A stretch of DNA of 64,000 bases, from assembly GCF_009914755.1 (NCBI RefSeq), contig NC_060931.1. One strand, given 5' to 3'. The notes beneath the pieces are model-generated. The model was not told the origin of the DNA. It saw only the letters and a program-made list of their open reading frames with translations, and searched no databases. The translations under genes were made by a program, and so were the position numbers. The stretch comes from the human T2T-CHM13v2.0 reference genome, Homo sapiens. Position 1 is the stretch's first letter. Every line of letters begins with the position of its first letter. Shown one piece after another: positions 42,451 through 58,895 of this stretch.

Positions 42451-43732
42451 TTAATTAAAAATACTTTATTGATAAAAAATACTAATACCCATCTGAGCCT
42501 TCAGCGAGTTGTAATCTTTTTGCTAGTGGAGGGTCTGACCTCAATGCTGATGGCTGCTGACTGATCAGGGTGGTAGTCGCTGAAGGTAGGGGTAGCTATG
42601 GTAATTTCTGAAAATAATACAACAATTAATCTGGCCACATTGACAGATTCTTCCTTCAAAACAGATTTCTGTTGTGCTGCTGTTTGACAGCGTTTTACCC
42701 GCTATAGAACTTTGAAAACTAGAGCCAATCGTCTCAAACCCTGATGCTCATTTATCAACTAAGTTTATGTAATATTCTACATTCATCATCATTTCAGCAA
42801 TGTTCACAGCATCTTCAGCAGGAGTAGATTCTATCTCAAAAAAACACTGCTCATCCATAAGAAGAAAACTCCTCATCCATTCATGTTTTATCATGTGACT
42901 GCAGCAGTTATGTCACATCTTCAGGCTCCACTTCCATTTCTAGTTTTGTTAACTATTTCTAGCACATCTGCAGTTATTTCCTCCATGGAAGTCTCGAACC
43001 CTTCCACATCATCCATAAGGGCTGGATTCAACTTCTTCCAAACTCCTGCTAATGTTGATATTTTGACCTCCTCCCAAGAATCATGAATGTTCTTAATGGC
43101 AGCTAGAATAATGAATCCTTTCCAGAAAATTTTCAATTTACTTTATTCAGATCCCTCAGAAAAAAACACTTTCTATGGTAGCTATATCTCAAATTAAGAC
43201 TAGAAAGCTGAAAGGATTCCTTCATCCATGGGCTGCAGAATGGATGCTGTGTTAGTAAGCATGAAAATTACATTAATCTCCTTGAACATCTCCATTAGAG
43301 CTCGTGGGTGACTAGAAATCTTTTTCTGAGCAAAGTCTCAATAGTGGGCTTAGAATATCAAGGAAACCATTCTGTAAAGAGTTGTGCTGTCATTTACACT
43401 TGTCAATTTCCAGATCACAGGCAGAGTAGATTTATTATTATCTTATGGGTCTCTAGGATTTTAGAAATGATAAAAGAGTATTTAGCTTTGACTTTGTCAG
43501 CAGCTGCATTAGTCACTAACAAAAGACAGCATGTCCTTTAAGACTTTGAATCCAGGCATTGAATTGACTTCTCTATGATAGTCCTAGATGGTATCTTCTT
43601 CCAATATAAGGCTATTTTTCTCCTATGGAAAATCTATTGTTCAGTGTAACCACTTTCATCAATGATCTTAGCTGGATCTTCTGGATAACTTGCTGCATAT
43701 TCTACATCAGCACGTGTTGCTTCACCTTGCAC
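42451..43732 (-). mobile_element. Second Tigger1, partial and inverted
   Basis: Reverse complement aligns to ~798-2165 of the first copy; ORF 42921-43136 (-) is a transposase fragment ([16 protein letters not shown]). Confidence 0.92.
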
Positions 43733-45875
43733 AATTTTTAATTTTAATTTTTTTTAAATTTTAGCCTTTATGAGCACATAGTAGGTGTATATATTTATGG
43801 AGTACATGAGATATTTTGATAAAGGTATACAATCAGTAATAATCACGTCAGGGTAAATCGGGTATCCATCACCTCAAGCATTTATCATTTGTGTTAAGAA
43901 CATTCCAACTGGCTAGGCGCGGTGGCTCACACCTGTAATCCCAGCACTTTGGGAGGCCAAGTTGGGTGGATCGCCTAAGGTCGGGAGTTTGAGACCAGTC
44001 TGACCAACATGGAGAAACCCCGTCCCTACTAAAAATACAAAATTAGCCAGGCATGGTGGTGCATGCCTGCAATCCCAGCTACTCGGGAGGCTGAGGCAGG
44101 AGAATCACTTGAACCCAGGAGGCAGAGGCTGTGGTGATCAGGCCATTGCATTCCAGCCTGGGCAACAAGAGTGAAACTCCATCTCAAAAAAAAAAAATCC
44201 AATTATACTCTTTTACTTATTTTTAAATGTGCTATAAATAATCATTGACTGTAGTCACCTTGTTGTGCTATCAAATACTAGATCTTATTCATTCTATTTA
44301 ATTACATTTTTGTACCCATTAACCATTCCCACTCCTCTCAGCCCCACCAGTACTCATGCCAGCCCCTGGTAACCATCATTCTAATCTCCATATCCATGAA
44401 GTCAATTGCTTTAATTTTTAGCTCCCACAAATAAGGGAGAACATGCAAAATTTGTCTTTCTGTGCCTGACTTATTTCACTTAACCTAATGTCTTCCAGTT
44501 CCATCCACGTGGTTGCACATGACAGGATTTCATTCTTTTGTATAGCTAAATAGTACTCCATTTTGTATATGACTATTGTGAATAGTGTTGCAATAAACAT
44601 AGGAGTGCAGGTATCAACTCAATATACTGATTTCTCTCTTTTGGGTATATACCTGTCAGAGAGATTGCTTGATTACATGGAGCTCTAATTTTAATTTTTT
44701 GAGGAACCTGCAAACTGTTCTCCATAGTGGCTATTTTTAATTTACATTCCCACCAACATTGTACAAGGGTTTCCTTTCCTCTGCATTCTTACCAGCAATC
44801 ATTGTTACCTGTCTTTTGGATAAAAGTCCTTTTTACTGGGGTGACATAGTATCTCATTGTAGTTTTGATTTGCATTTCTCTGATGATCAGTGATGTTGAA
44901 CACATTTTAATAGGACTGTTTACCATTTATATGTCTCTTGAGAAACGTCTATTCAGATCTTTTGCCCATTTTTAATCAGAATATTAGACTTTTTTCTATT
45001 AACTTGTTTGAGATCCTTATATATATGGGTATTAATCCCTTGTCAGATGAATAGTTTGCAAATATTTTCACCCAATCTGTATGGTGTCTCTTCACTTTGT
45101 TGGCCATTTCCTTTACTGTGCAGAAGCTTTTTAACTTGATGTGATCCCATTTGTCCATTTAGCTTGGTTGCCTATGCTTGTAAAGTATTATTCAAGTAAT
45201 TTTTGCCCAGACCAACATCCTTGAGAGTTTATCCAATGTATTTTTTAATAGTTTCATGGTTTCAGGTGTTAGATTTAAGTCTTTACTCCATTTTGATTTG
45301 GTGTTTGAATATGGTGAGAAATAGGGGTCTAATTTCATTATTCTACATAGGAATATCCAGTATTCCCAGCATCATTTATTGAAGAGACTGTCTTTTTCCC
45401 AATGTATGTTCTTGGCACCTTTGCTGAAAATGAGTTCACCATAGGTGTGTATGGATTTCTCTGGGTTCTCTGTTCTCTTCTTTTGGTCTAGGTGTCTGTT
45501 TTTATTCCAGTACCATGATGTTTTGGTTACTATAGCTTTGTAGTATAATTAGAAATCAAGTAAAGTAATTCCTCCAATTTTGTTCTTTTTGCTCAAGATG
45601 GCTTTAACTATTCTGGGTCTTTTGTGGTTTTATATAAGTTTTAGGATTGATTTTTCTATTTCTGGAAAGAATGTCATTGGTATTTTGATAGAGATTGCAT
45701 TAAATCTGTAGATTACTTTGAGTAGTATGAACATTTTAACAATATTGATTCTTCCAATCCTTGTACGAGGAATGTCTTTCCATTTTATGGTGTGTACTCT
45801 TCAGTTTCCTTCATCAGTGTTTCATAGTCCTCATTGTAGAGATCTTTCACTTCTTTGGTTAATTCCTATGTATTT
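43733..45875 (-). mobile_element. L1MA-type 3' UTR and ORF2 3' part
   Basis: Poly(T) start; GTAGGTGTATATATTTATGG L1MA 3' end; ORF2 fragments [14 protein letters not shown] and MFIATLFTI. Confidence 0.88.
43911..44197 (+). mobile_element. AluSp-like nested in L1
   Basis: GTCGGGAGTT and TGACCAACATGGAGAAACCCC diagnostics; poly(A). Confidence 0.92.
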
Positions 45876-48800
45876 ATTTGTGAATATTTTATCCCATTTA
45901 CTAGGTTGTCTATTTACTGTGTTGATAGTTTCTTTTGCTGTGCAGAATCTCTTTAGTTCAATTAAGTCCTATTTGTCAATTTTTTTTTTTTTTTTTTGCA
46001 ATTGCATTTGGAATCTTCTTCAAAAAATCTTTGCCAAGGCCTATGTCCAGAATGGTACTTTCTAGGTTTTCTTCTAGGGCTTTTATAGTTTTGGGTTTTG
46101 CACTTAAATCTTTAATCCATCTTGAGTTGATTTTTGTGTATAGTGAAAGGGAGAGTTCCAGTTTTAATCTTCTGCATATGGCTAGCCAGCTGTCCAAGCA
46201 CCACTTATTAAATAGAGTATCCTTTTGTCATTGCTTATTTTAGTAGACTTTGTTGAAGATCACATATTTGTAGGTGTCTAGCTTTATTTCTGGGTTCTTT
46301 AACTGGTTCTATTGGTCAATATGCCTGTTTCTGTACCAGTACCATGCTGTTTTGGTTAATGTAGCTTTGTATTTGTAGTTTGAAGTTAGGCAGTGTGATG
46401 GTTCCAGCTTTGCTCTTTTTGCTTAGGATTGCTTTGGCTATTCATGTGTTTTTAGTTTCACATGAATTTTAGAATAGCTTTTTCTAATTCTAAGAAGAAT
46501 ATCATTGGTAGTTTGATAAGAATAGCTTTTGGCAGTATGGCCATTTTAATGATATGGACTCTTTCAATCTTTGTGTCATTTCTGATTGTCAGCATTGTTT
46601 TGTAATTCTCCTTGTAGAGATATTTCACCTCCCTGGTTAGCTTTATTCCTAGGTATTTTACTTTTTGTGTGTGGCTATTATAAATGGCATTGCAGTCTTG
46701 ATTTGGCTCTCAGTTTGGACACTCTATATAGAAATGCTACTCATGTTTATACATTGATTTTATACCCTGAAATTTTGCTGAAGTTGTTTATTAGATCAAG
46801 GAGATTTGGGGCAGACTATGGGATTTTCTATGTAAAGAATCATGTTGTCTGCAAACGGGGATAGTGTGACTTCCTCTTTTCCTATTTGGATGCTTTTTAT
46901 TTCTTTCTCTTGCCTAATTGCTCTGGCTGGGACTTGAGGTACCGTGTTGACTAGGAGTAGTGAGAGTGCACATCCTTTTCTTGTTCTCATTCTCAAGGGG
47001 AAAGCTGCCAGCTTTTGCTTTCTGCATCAATTGAGATGATCACATGGTTTCTGTTTTTAGTTCTGTTTATGTGATGAATCACATTTATTGATTTGCGTAT
47101 GTTGAACCAACCTTGCACCCCAAGGATAAAGCCTACTTTATTGTGGTGGATTAGCTTCTTGATATTCTACTGGATTTGGTTGGCTAATATTTTCTTGAAG
47201 ATTTTTGCATCTATTTTCCTCAAGGATATTGGCCTGATGTTTTCTGTTTCATGTGTCTCTGCCACATTTTGGTATAGGAATGATGCTGGCTTCATTGAAG
47301 GAGTTAGAAAGGAGTCCCTCATCCTCAATTATTTTTGAAAAGTTTCGATAGGATTAGTATCAGCTCTTCTTTATACATCTGGTAAATTAGGTGCAAATCT
47401 ATCTCATCCAGGACTTTTTCTGGTTGGTAGGCTTTTTATAACTAATGCAATTTCAGAACTCATTATTGGTCCATTCAGGGTCTGAATTTCTTCTTGCTTC
47501 AATTTTGGGAATTTATATGTTTCCAGAAATTTATCAATTTCTTTTAGGTTTTCTAGTATGTGTGCATAGAGGTATTCATATAGTCTATGATTTTTTTTTG
47601 TATTTCTGTGAGGTCAGTGGTAATCGTCCCTTTGTTATTTCTGATTTTGTTATTTTGTATCTCCTCTCTCTTTTTTCTTTATTAGTCTAGCTAGTGGTCT
47701 ATCAATCTTATTTATGCTTTCAAAAAACAAACTTCTGGTTTGCTTGTCTTTCGTACAGTTTTTGCATCTCAATTTCATTCAGTTCAGCTCTGATTTTGAT
47801 TATTTTTTTCTCCTGTTAACTTTGGTGTTGGTTTGCTTCTGTTTCTCTAGTTCCTGAATGTTTTATGTTATTTTGCTAATTGGAGATCTGTCTAACTTTT
47901 TGATGTGAGCATTTAGTGATAAACAACTTTCCTCTTAACACTGCTTTAGCTGTGACCCAGAGATTCTGATATGTTTTATCTTTGTTTTCATTAGTTTCAA
48001 AGAATTTCCTAGTTTCTGCCTTAATTTCATTGCTTACCCAAAAGTCATTCAGGAGCTAGTTGTTTAACTTGCATGTAATTGTGTGGTTTTGAGGTATCTT
48101 CTTAGTATTGATTTCTATTTTTATTGCACTGTGATCAGTGAGTGTGGTGGTATGATTTTGTTTTTTTTTAATTTGTTGAGAATTGTTCTATTGCCAATCA
48201 TGTGATCTATTTTGGAGTAAGTGCCATGAGCAGATGGAAATAATGTATATTCTGTTGTTTTTGAAGGAATGTTCTGTAGATGTCTGTTAGAGCCATTTGG
48301 TCAAGTGTTGAGTTTAGGTCTCAAATAGCTGCGTTACTTATCTGCTTTGATGATCTGTCTAATACTGAAAGTGGGATACTAAAGTTTCCCACTGTCATTT
48401 TTTGCTTCTATAAGTCTCTTCATAGGTCTCTAAGAACTTATTTTATGAATCTGAGTTCTCCAGCATTGGGTGTGTATATATTTAAGAGTTAATTCTTCTT
48501 GAGTTGAGCTTTTTATCATGATGTAATGCCCTTCTTTGTCTTTTTCATTACTGTGGGATTCATGTCTGTTTTATTTGAAATTAAAATAGCAACCTCTCCC
48601 TTTTTACTTTTCCATTTGTTTGTACATTTTTCTCCATTTCTTTACTGTGAGCCTATTGGTGTCACTGCATGTGAGAAGAGTCCCTTGAAGACAGCATATC
48701 ATTGGGACTTGCTTCTTTATCCAACTTGCCACTCTGTGCCTTTTAAGTAGGGCATTTAGCTCATTTACATTCAAGATTAATATTAATATATGCAAATTCA

Positions 48801-50255
48801 ATCCTGTAATTGTGTTGTCAGCTGGTTGTTATGCAGACTTGATTGTGTGGTTGCTTTAATAGTGTCAATGCTGAATGTGCTTAAGTGTGTTTTTCTCATG
48901 GCCAGTAACAACATTGCCATGGTTGGAACTCTCTTAAGGAACTCTTGTAATGCAGGTCTGGTGGCAATGAATTACCTAGCACTTGCTTTTCTGAAAAGAA
49001 TCTTATTTCTCATTCACTTATGAAGCTTAGTTTGGCTGGATATTAAATTCTTGGCTGGAATTTCTTTTCTTTAAGAATGCTGAATATAGGCAGTCAATCT
49101 CTCTGGTTTGCAGGGTTTCTGCTGAAAGGTCCTCTGTTAGCTTCATTGGGTTCCCTTTGTAGGTGACCAACCCTTTCTCTCTAGATGCCTTTAATATTTT
49201 TTCTTTCACATTGACCTTGGAGAATCTGATGACTATGTGCCTTATAGATGGTCATCTTGCACAGTATCTCACAGGGGTTCTCCAAATTTCCTGAATATGT
49301 GTGTCAACCTCTGCAGTCAGATTGGGGAAATTTTTGTGAACAATATCCTTAAATATGTTTTCCAAATGGCTTGCTTTCTCTCCCTCACTTTCTGGACTGC
49401 CAATAAGTTTTAAGTTTGGTCTCTTTGCATAATCCCATATGTCCCAGAAGTTTTATTTTTTATTTATTTTTGTCTGACTGAGTTGATTTCCACAATTGGT
49501 CTTTGAACTCTGATATCCTATCTTCAGCTTGGTCTATTCTGCTGTTAAAATTTCTGATTGTTTTACGAAATTCTTACTGTGAGTTTTTCAGCCCTATCAG
49601 ATCAGTTTGGTTCTTTCTTAAAATGGCTATTTCATATTTTAGCTCTCGTATTATTTTATTGGATTCCTTAGATTCTATGGTTTGGGTTTTGACTTTCTCC
49701 TGAATCTTGATGGTATTCATTCCTATTCAGATTCTGAATTCTACGTCTGTCATTTCAGCCATTTCAGCCTGGTTAAGAACCATTGCTGGGAAGCTAGAGT
49801 ACTTGTTTGGAGATGAGAACACACTCTGGCCTTTTTAGTTGCTAGAGTTCTTGACTGATTCTCGTCTGTGTGGGCAGATGTTCCTTTAGTCTTTGAAGTT
49901 GCTGGGAAGTGTTGCTTTCATATTCTCCAATGCCCTTGAGGGTTTGAATTTGGTATAAGTTGGATTCAGTTGACTGGCTTTGTTTCTGAATGATTTCAGT
50001 GGGCCAAGGCTCAGCTTAGCTCTCCTGGGCTGTGTGCTGTAACCCTGAGGGACTGGTATCATGCCCACGGCTTTGTCCTCTGGCCCCTCAAGGTTAAGCA
50101 CCCACTTGCTGTAGGGGCCAAGGTGTTGCCAGTCTGATGACAAAAACATTTTGATGAGGGTTGCTGGCCAAAGCACTTTGATGGCATGGTGGTGCAGGAT
50201 CCACACTCACAGTGGTAATGCAGCAGCATTCAAGTGCACACTTGCACTGACCTGA
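45876..50255 (-). mobile_element. Younger L1 (L1PA13-16/L1PB-like) lacking its 3' end
   Basis: ORF2 RT/EN fragments (46796-46996; 48604-48801 LNVNELNALLKRHRVASWIKKQ) and ORF1 fragment KEKILKASREKGLVTYKGNP (49027-49209); 5' UTR to ~50250. Confidence 0.85.
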
Positions 50256-52128
<1,873 letters not shown>

Positions 52129-52229
52129 CACTTCAAAGGGAATGGGAAGATGTTGGTCAAAGGGTACCAAGTTGCAGTTATGAATAAATCTAGTGTACAC
52201 TATGACTATAGATTACAGGCACAGAGCCA

Positions 52230-52530
52230 CAACCTGTGGCTCTGTGCCTGTAATCCTAGCACTTTGGGAGGCTGATGCAGGCTGATTGCTTGAGCTCAGG
52301 AGCTCAAGATCAGCCTGGGTAACATGACGAAACTCCATCTCTACAAAAAAAAAAAAAATACAAAAATTAGCCAGATGTGGTGGCATGTGCCTGTGGTCTC
52401 AGCTACTCAGGAGGCTGAGGTGGGAGGATTCCTTGAGCCCAGGAGGCCAAGGTGGCAGCGAGCCATAATCGAGCCACTACACTCCAGCCTGAATGGCAGA
52501 GCAAGACTGTCTCAAAAATTTTAAAAAAAA
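52230..52530 (+). mobile_element. AluJ nested in a + strand L1M 3' UTR fragment (~52130-52690)
   Basis: TTGCTTGAGCTCAGGAG and GGGAGGATTCCTTGAGCCCAGG J-type diagnostics. Confidence 0.88.
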
Positions 52531-52689
52531 GTATGTATTGTATTTATTTTGGTTATCTCCATATTTTTGGAGATATCACAAGTACAACTGTGTGAGGAGA
52601 TGGATATGCTACTTTGCTTGACTATAGTAATAATTTTACTATACGTTTATCAAACATTTTGTGTACCTCAAATATAAACAATTTTTTCT

Positions 52690-53070
52690 ACAGTTAACCA
52701 TGAAGGAAGACTTTACTCAGTCTATTGCAATAAGGGACGGAGACTGAAATCAACTCTGCTGAAACAAAAGGCAGGAAGGTTTCTAAGGTGAGCTAGTGGA
52801 AAAGCACTGAAGTACATTAAGGGGAAGGTTGATCAATGAGATTTGTCCAGCACATTGGGTTATTCCTGTTATTCCACAATTCACAAATGTTTTTCTCTGT
52901 GATCAGGCCACCTTTGTTTGCTAATCAGTGCCCATCTAAATTAGGCCTGTATGGAACCACAGAGACTGGAAGATGAGGTGCTGTCTTATTTGACATTAAT
53001 ACTTCAAAAAGATGTTTCTAGATTCTTCAGAAAGGCATTTCCTGGGTGGTAAAACTGGCAGGATGGCCAG
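52690..53070. mobile_element. ERV1-type LTR fragment (MER31/MER67-like)
   Basis: TTGCAATAAGGG..AGACTGAAATCAACTCTGCTGAAACAAAAGGC..GGTGAGCTAGTGGAAAAG recalled from MER4-group LTRs. Confidence 0.45.
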
Positions 53071-53904
53071 TTCCAGATATCTGACTGGAGATGTCTAGCA
53101 CTCACTTCCTTCACAAAAAAGAGTCAAAACGGTGAATAGATAACTACTCATCTGAGAACATTAAGGTTGTCTTGGTCACTAGTAACAATATTTTAGATGC
53201 TAAAATGCTGCTTGTAAATTCATGTCAGAATGCTAACATACTTCCATTTCTTCATCCCATCCCAAAAAGCACTCTAAGAAGATCACAATAACCATGTGAG
53301 GCATTCAGGACACAAACACACTTTTGTTCTGCTATCTTTTCTCTGACACTCAGACCACCCTTGCCTATAGCAATCATGTTTGACTATAAGCTACTTGAGG
53401 AAAGACTCTTTTTAAATTAAATTTTATAGCTCTTAGAGGTGTTAATACAGTAATGTACAAATGATTATGTTCTAATAATATTGATTGATGCATTAAATAA
53501 ATGAACATTCCCCTCCCTGGAGATACGTATCAAAGAGCTCATAGCAGAATCTGAACATATCTATGGTCAAAATCAGTTTACATGCCAAATCTATGTAATC
53601 TCACATCCACTGCAATCCAACCTTCTTTATTACAATAACAACCAAGTCAACCTTTTAGAATACAGCCACAAGACCAAAAATCCATTAGACCTGAGTGACA
53701 AATAGGAACCACAGAGTTCATGCAGATAGCTCCCTGATACCATAATAAGTATAAATGAGTTTTTTTAAAGGTTCCTGTAGAAAAATATGTAGATAACCAA
53801 AAATAAAAGTACTCATTTTATTATAAAGTGTTACATGTGCATTTAATACATGCACATTTAATGCATTTCCTACCAGGTGCCAGGTCCTTTTGAGAAATGA
53901 AATT

Positions 53905-53967
53905 AATTATTGAAAATATTGGAATATTGAAATATTGAAATTATTGAAAATATTGAAATTAATATTT
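53905..53967 (+). repeat. Imperfect (ATATTGAA)n repeat
   Basis: About 6 copies of TATTG(A/G)AA. Confidence 0.85.
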
Positions 53968-54057
53968 TCACTGTTTGTCTCCATCAAATGTCTTATTAAA
54001 GGTAAGTAGACCTTCTGCTAGCCTATTTAGGTAAGAATATAAAAATGTAGGGTTATG

Positions 54058-54397
<340 letters not shown>

Positions 54398-54518
54398 TTA
54401 TATGAATTATTTCAGGCACTCTCGTCTTCATCTTAAAATGGAATGGGAATCTACATCATTTGGGACTTCCCATTACTCTCAGAAAATAGCCCACCTCTGC
54501 TTTTTGAAAATAATTCTC

Positions 54519-54829
<311 letters not shown>

Positions 54830-54999
54830 TCAGCTGTATTTTGGTTCCCCTAGTTTTCCAGCTACTCAGAGTTTAGTATTACAATTATCTTATTATTGTT
54901 CTCATCTTGAATCATTTCAATAATCCTTAAAACATATTCAGGTTTTCATAAACTAAAAAAAAAGATAAGCATATATAAAAGAAAACATCTAAAGAAATC

Positions 55000-55605
55000 T
55001 GTATTAGTTGTCTAACATCACATAACAAATTACCCAAGATCTTAGTGACTTAAAACAATAAACACTTATTAATTCACAGTTTCTGTGGGTAAGGAACTCA
55101 GTTGTGGCTTACCTGGGGGTTCTGCCTTAGGATCACTTAAGATCTTAGTGACTTAAAACAATAAACACTTATTAATTCACAGTTTCTGTGGGAAAGGAAC
55201 TCAGTTGTGGCTTACCTGGGTGGTTCTGCCATAGGATCACTTAAGATGTTGCAGTCAGGATGTCAGCCATTTCTGCAGGCATCAGAAGACTTGACTTGGT
55301 CTGGAAAATCTGCACATAAGACAGCTCTCTGCCATGGTGCTGGTTGGAAAAGTTCCTCTTTATGAGTTACTTGAGTGTCGGCATGACGTGATGGCTAGCT
55401 TCCCCCAGCATGAGCAACCTATGAAAGGGCATGACAGAACCTATAACACTTTTATGATCTAGAATCAGAAATCATACAGCATTATTTTTTCAATTTACTA
55501 TGGCTTACACAAGTCAGCACTATTCCATGTGAAAGGGAATTACAGAGGGGCATGAATACCAGGAGACTAAGATCATTGGATGCCATATTGGAGGATAACT
55601 ATCAT
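55000..55605 (-). mobile_element. MLT1F/G-like MaLR LTR with internal tandem duplication
   Basis: TGTATTAGTT..ATAACAAATTACCC..CTTAGTGACTTAAAACAATAAAC; GGGCATGAATACCAGGAG. Confidence 0.8.
55036..55247 (+). repeat. 103-bp tandem duplication
   Basis: Units start at 55036 and 55139; AAGAT at both ends and at the junction; 3 differences. Confidence 0.95.
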
Positions 55606-55609
55606 AACA

Positions 55610-56960
55610 TTTTTCTCTTGTTCCCACCTATCTATTATATTTGCTAAACAATGTTCCTCTCTGGTTTTGCTGCCAAGCTCCTAAAATATTTGATCTACAT
55701 CTTTCACGTCCTCTCTTTAAGGATTCTAATTCCTTCTTATCCTTTTTGTCATCTACTTCAGTGCATACAACTCCATGAAACTATTTCCTCAAAGGTTACT
55801 AGTTATCTCCTTCTGCTAAATGTATGACGTTTGCCTTTCCTCAGACTTGTCATTCAACATTTTAAAGTGTTTGCTACTATGAACAACCCCCTAGTGACAT
55901 TTCCTCATTCTTTGGCATCTTTGGCACTTTATGGGCTTCTTCCATCTCTTTGATGCCACTTAGCTTCTCCACTGTGTTTCTATCTATGGAGTGTTCTCTA
56001 AGTTCACACCTCCATTTTTCTCCCTATAGTTTGGTCTCATATATCCTCACTGCTTTGGCTGTGACATTTAGTATCTGGCCATTAGTAAATATGTATCTCC
56101 TTCCCTACTCAATCATGGTATGTTCTTGCCAGCTGCCTACTAGCATCTTCATTCTCTAATCTCTAAGAAATTCCCACTGATTCTTCCTTCAATACCTCTT
56201 TGAAGAATCTGCCTTATCTCTTTCGTTCCAACTACCACTACTGTAGTCCAAGCCCTCTCTATCTCACAACCAGATCAACACAGCACTATTTTAGCTGATA
56301 TATTTACTGGACTCGAGGGCTGACCTTGCCTTTTCTTTAATAAAACTGTCATACGCTTTTCCACTACATCTTCTTTAAAAATTCCTTTTATCTTTTTATT
56401 TTTAATCATGAAAAGATTCATTATCATCTGATTTCAAATCTAAACTCCTTAGACTAGTTTCTGAAACACTTAATGTGTTTTGGAACCACACCATTTGGCT
56501 ACCATACTTAATTCCTTATTTTCTTTATTTCTTACTCTTATTTACCTTATTTTTCCTTAATGAGGTTTATCTACTCATTGTCCTGCAAATACACAAATTT
56601 CCACATTTCCTTTCTTTAATTCTATTCTCCACCACACACACAGAAAAATATGCTCTTATTTATGTCCTCCATTTTATGAATTTTCCAGTCTCAGTTTCCA
56701 CAATCTCAATGAAATCTTCACTGACTACTTTGTTTCATACTAAACTGTTTGATTTTTTGGTTCCTGATGCCCTATTAGTCACCCACATCTCTGATTCTTC
56801 ATATGTTAGTTTTATTTCCACAGCTCAGTTGTCGGCTTCTAAATGCTGGATTTATTTATTTCTTCTCATATTTCTTTTAAAACATCTAAAATAGTCTACA
56901 AGTACCATGCTGAGCACATAATAGGCCATGAATAAATATTTATTGGTTAACTAAATGAGG
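55610..56960 (+). mobile_element. L2 LINE 3' region (very degenerate)
   Basis: C/T-rich; TAGTCCAAGCCC..ATCTC; ends GCACATAATAGGCC..AATAAATATTTATTG. Confidence 0.65.
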
Positions 56961-57569
56961 AAAACAACTAGAAAATTCCCATGGCATTTGGCAGAATGAC
57001 TACAGGCAAAAGGCTCCTTCTCAAAATATATTATCTAAAAGTGCATTTTCCCCATGTGTCAATGAAAAAACAAATGACTTTCTTCTAGCATAGCCAAAGT
57101 TAGCTCTTAAAGCATGTGTAAAATCCAAAAGACAGAATTTCTGAAGGCACAACTGTTTAACTAAAAAGACAGATACGCAAAAGAATTGCTTCATTTAACA
57201 AGTACAGAGGAAATAGATCACATTCCAAAAGTAATTTGATAATTTTGGCAGCTGGAAAATAATTTTATAAAAATTTAAGCAATAAGGCTGTTGTCTTGGA
57301 TTTGTTAAGGGAAAGGAAATTTTCATAAAGCCAAAAAAGTAAAAGAAGAACTTACATATGTGAGTATCAGGAAAAGAAATAGTGAGGATAATTGTATCAC
57401 TGAAGAAACATCTTTTTTTCTAATTCAAGCATATAAAAAATTAATGTGACTATTAACAACTATGACCTCTCTATAGAAAGAAAATATATCCGTACTTCCC
57501 CCAGAGTCTCACAGTTGTTGTGTCCTCCTTTGGAAGCAATATTATGTCTTGGAACCTGTTTGAGGCTCT

Positions 57570-57740
57570 GCAGTCAGTGGAACTGTTCATTACTAGCTGA
57601 GTGACCTTAGGCAAGTTACTGAATCTGGAGGAAACTTACCAACCTCACAGAGCTGTTGGGAAAATTAAATGAGATTACGTATCTGAAGGAACCTGGCATG
57701 GTGTCTGACTCATGCTGGCCAATACATCTTAGTCTCTTTC
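57570..57740 (+). mobile_element. MIR SINE
   Basis: ACTAGCTGAGTGACCTTAGGCAAGTTACT; ACCTCACAGAGCTGTTGGGAAAATTAAATGAGAT. Confidence 0.8.
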
Positions 57741-57889
57741 CATTCTGATTAGCAGAGATAAAGAGATATTGGGAGACAGAACCACACTAGAGTAGGAAGG
57801 AGGAAACTGGGACTATTTTCCAGGTTGAGCTGCTACTTAGATATTATGGCAGGAACAGCAAATTTTCTTACAGATTCCATTTTCTTCAC

Positions 57890-58895
57890 TTAAAAAGATT
57901 TTTTAGTTTTAATTTTTGTGGGAACAGGGTGGGTATATATATTTATGGGGTACCTGAGATATTTTGATGCAGGCATCCAATGTATAATAATCACATTATG
58001 GAGATGGGGTATCCATCTCCTTAAGCTTTTAACCTTTGTGTTACAAAAAACATCCAATTGTAATTGTTTAGCTATTTTTAAATATACAACTAAATTATTT
58101 TCATTATAGTCACAGTGTTGTGCTATCAAATACTAGGTATTCATTTTTCTAAATATTTTTTATGCTCATTAAACATCCCCATCTACCCTCAGTGTCCCCA
58201 CTACTTTTTCAAGTCTCTGGTAAACATCCTTCTACTCTCTATCTCCATATGTTCAATTGTTTTGATTGTTGCATCTCACAAATAAGTGAAAACAGGTGAT
58301 GTTTGTCATTCTGTGCCTGAGCCTGACTTATTTCACTTAACATAATGGCCTCCAGTCCCATCCATGTTGTTGTAATTGGCAGCATCTCATTTTTTATGGT
58401 TAAATAGCACTCCATCATGCATAAGGACCACATTTTCTTTATCCTTTCATCTGTTGATGGTCACTTAGGTTGCTTCCAAATCTTGGCAATTGTAAACAGT
58501 GCTATAGCAAACATGGGAGTGCAGATATCTCTTCTACATACTGATTTCCTCTCTTTTGGGTATATACCTGGGAGTGAGATTGCAGGATCACATGGTAGCT
58601 CTATTTTTAGTGTTTTGAGGACGCTCCAAACTGTTCTCCATAGTGATTATACTAATTTACATTCCCACCAACAGTGTAAAAGGGTTCCCTTTTCTCCACA
58701 CCCTTACTAGCATTTGCTATTGCCTGTCTTTTGGATAAAAGCCATTTTTACTGGGATGAGATGAGATCTCATTGTAGTCTTGATTTGCATTTCTCTGATG
58801 ATTAATAATATGGAACACCTTATCATATGCCTGTTTGTCATTAGCATGTGTTCTTCTGATAAATGTCTATTCAGAGCTCTTGCCCAGTTTTAAAA
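57890..58895 (-). mobile_element. L1MA-type 3' end
   Basis: GTATATATTTATGGGGTAC..GATATTTTGAT L1MA 3' UTR followed by the ORF2 C-terminus. Confidence 0.87.

Noticed and set aside
56475-56894. 139-aa membrane-protein-like ORF
   Set aside because: GTG start, T-rich degenerate L2 sequence, no recognisable domain or splice context.
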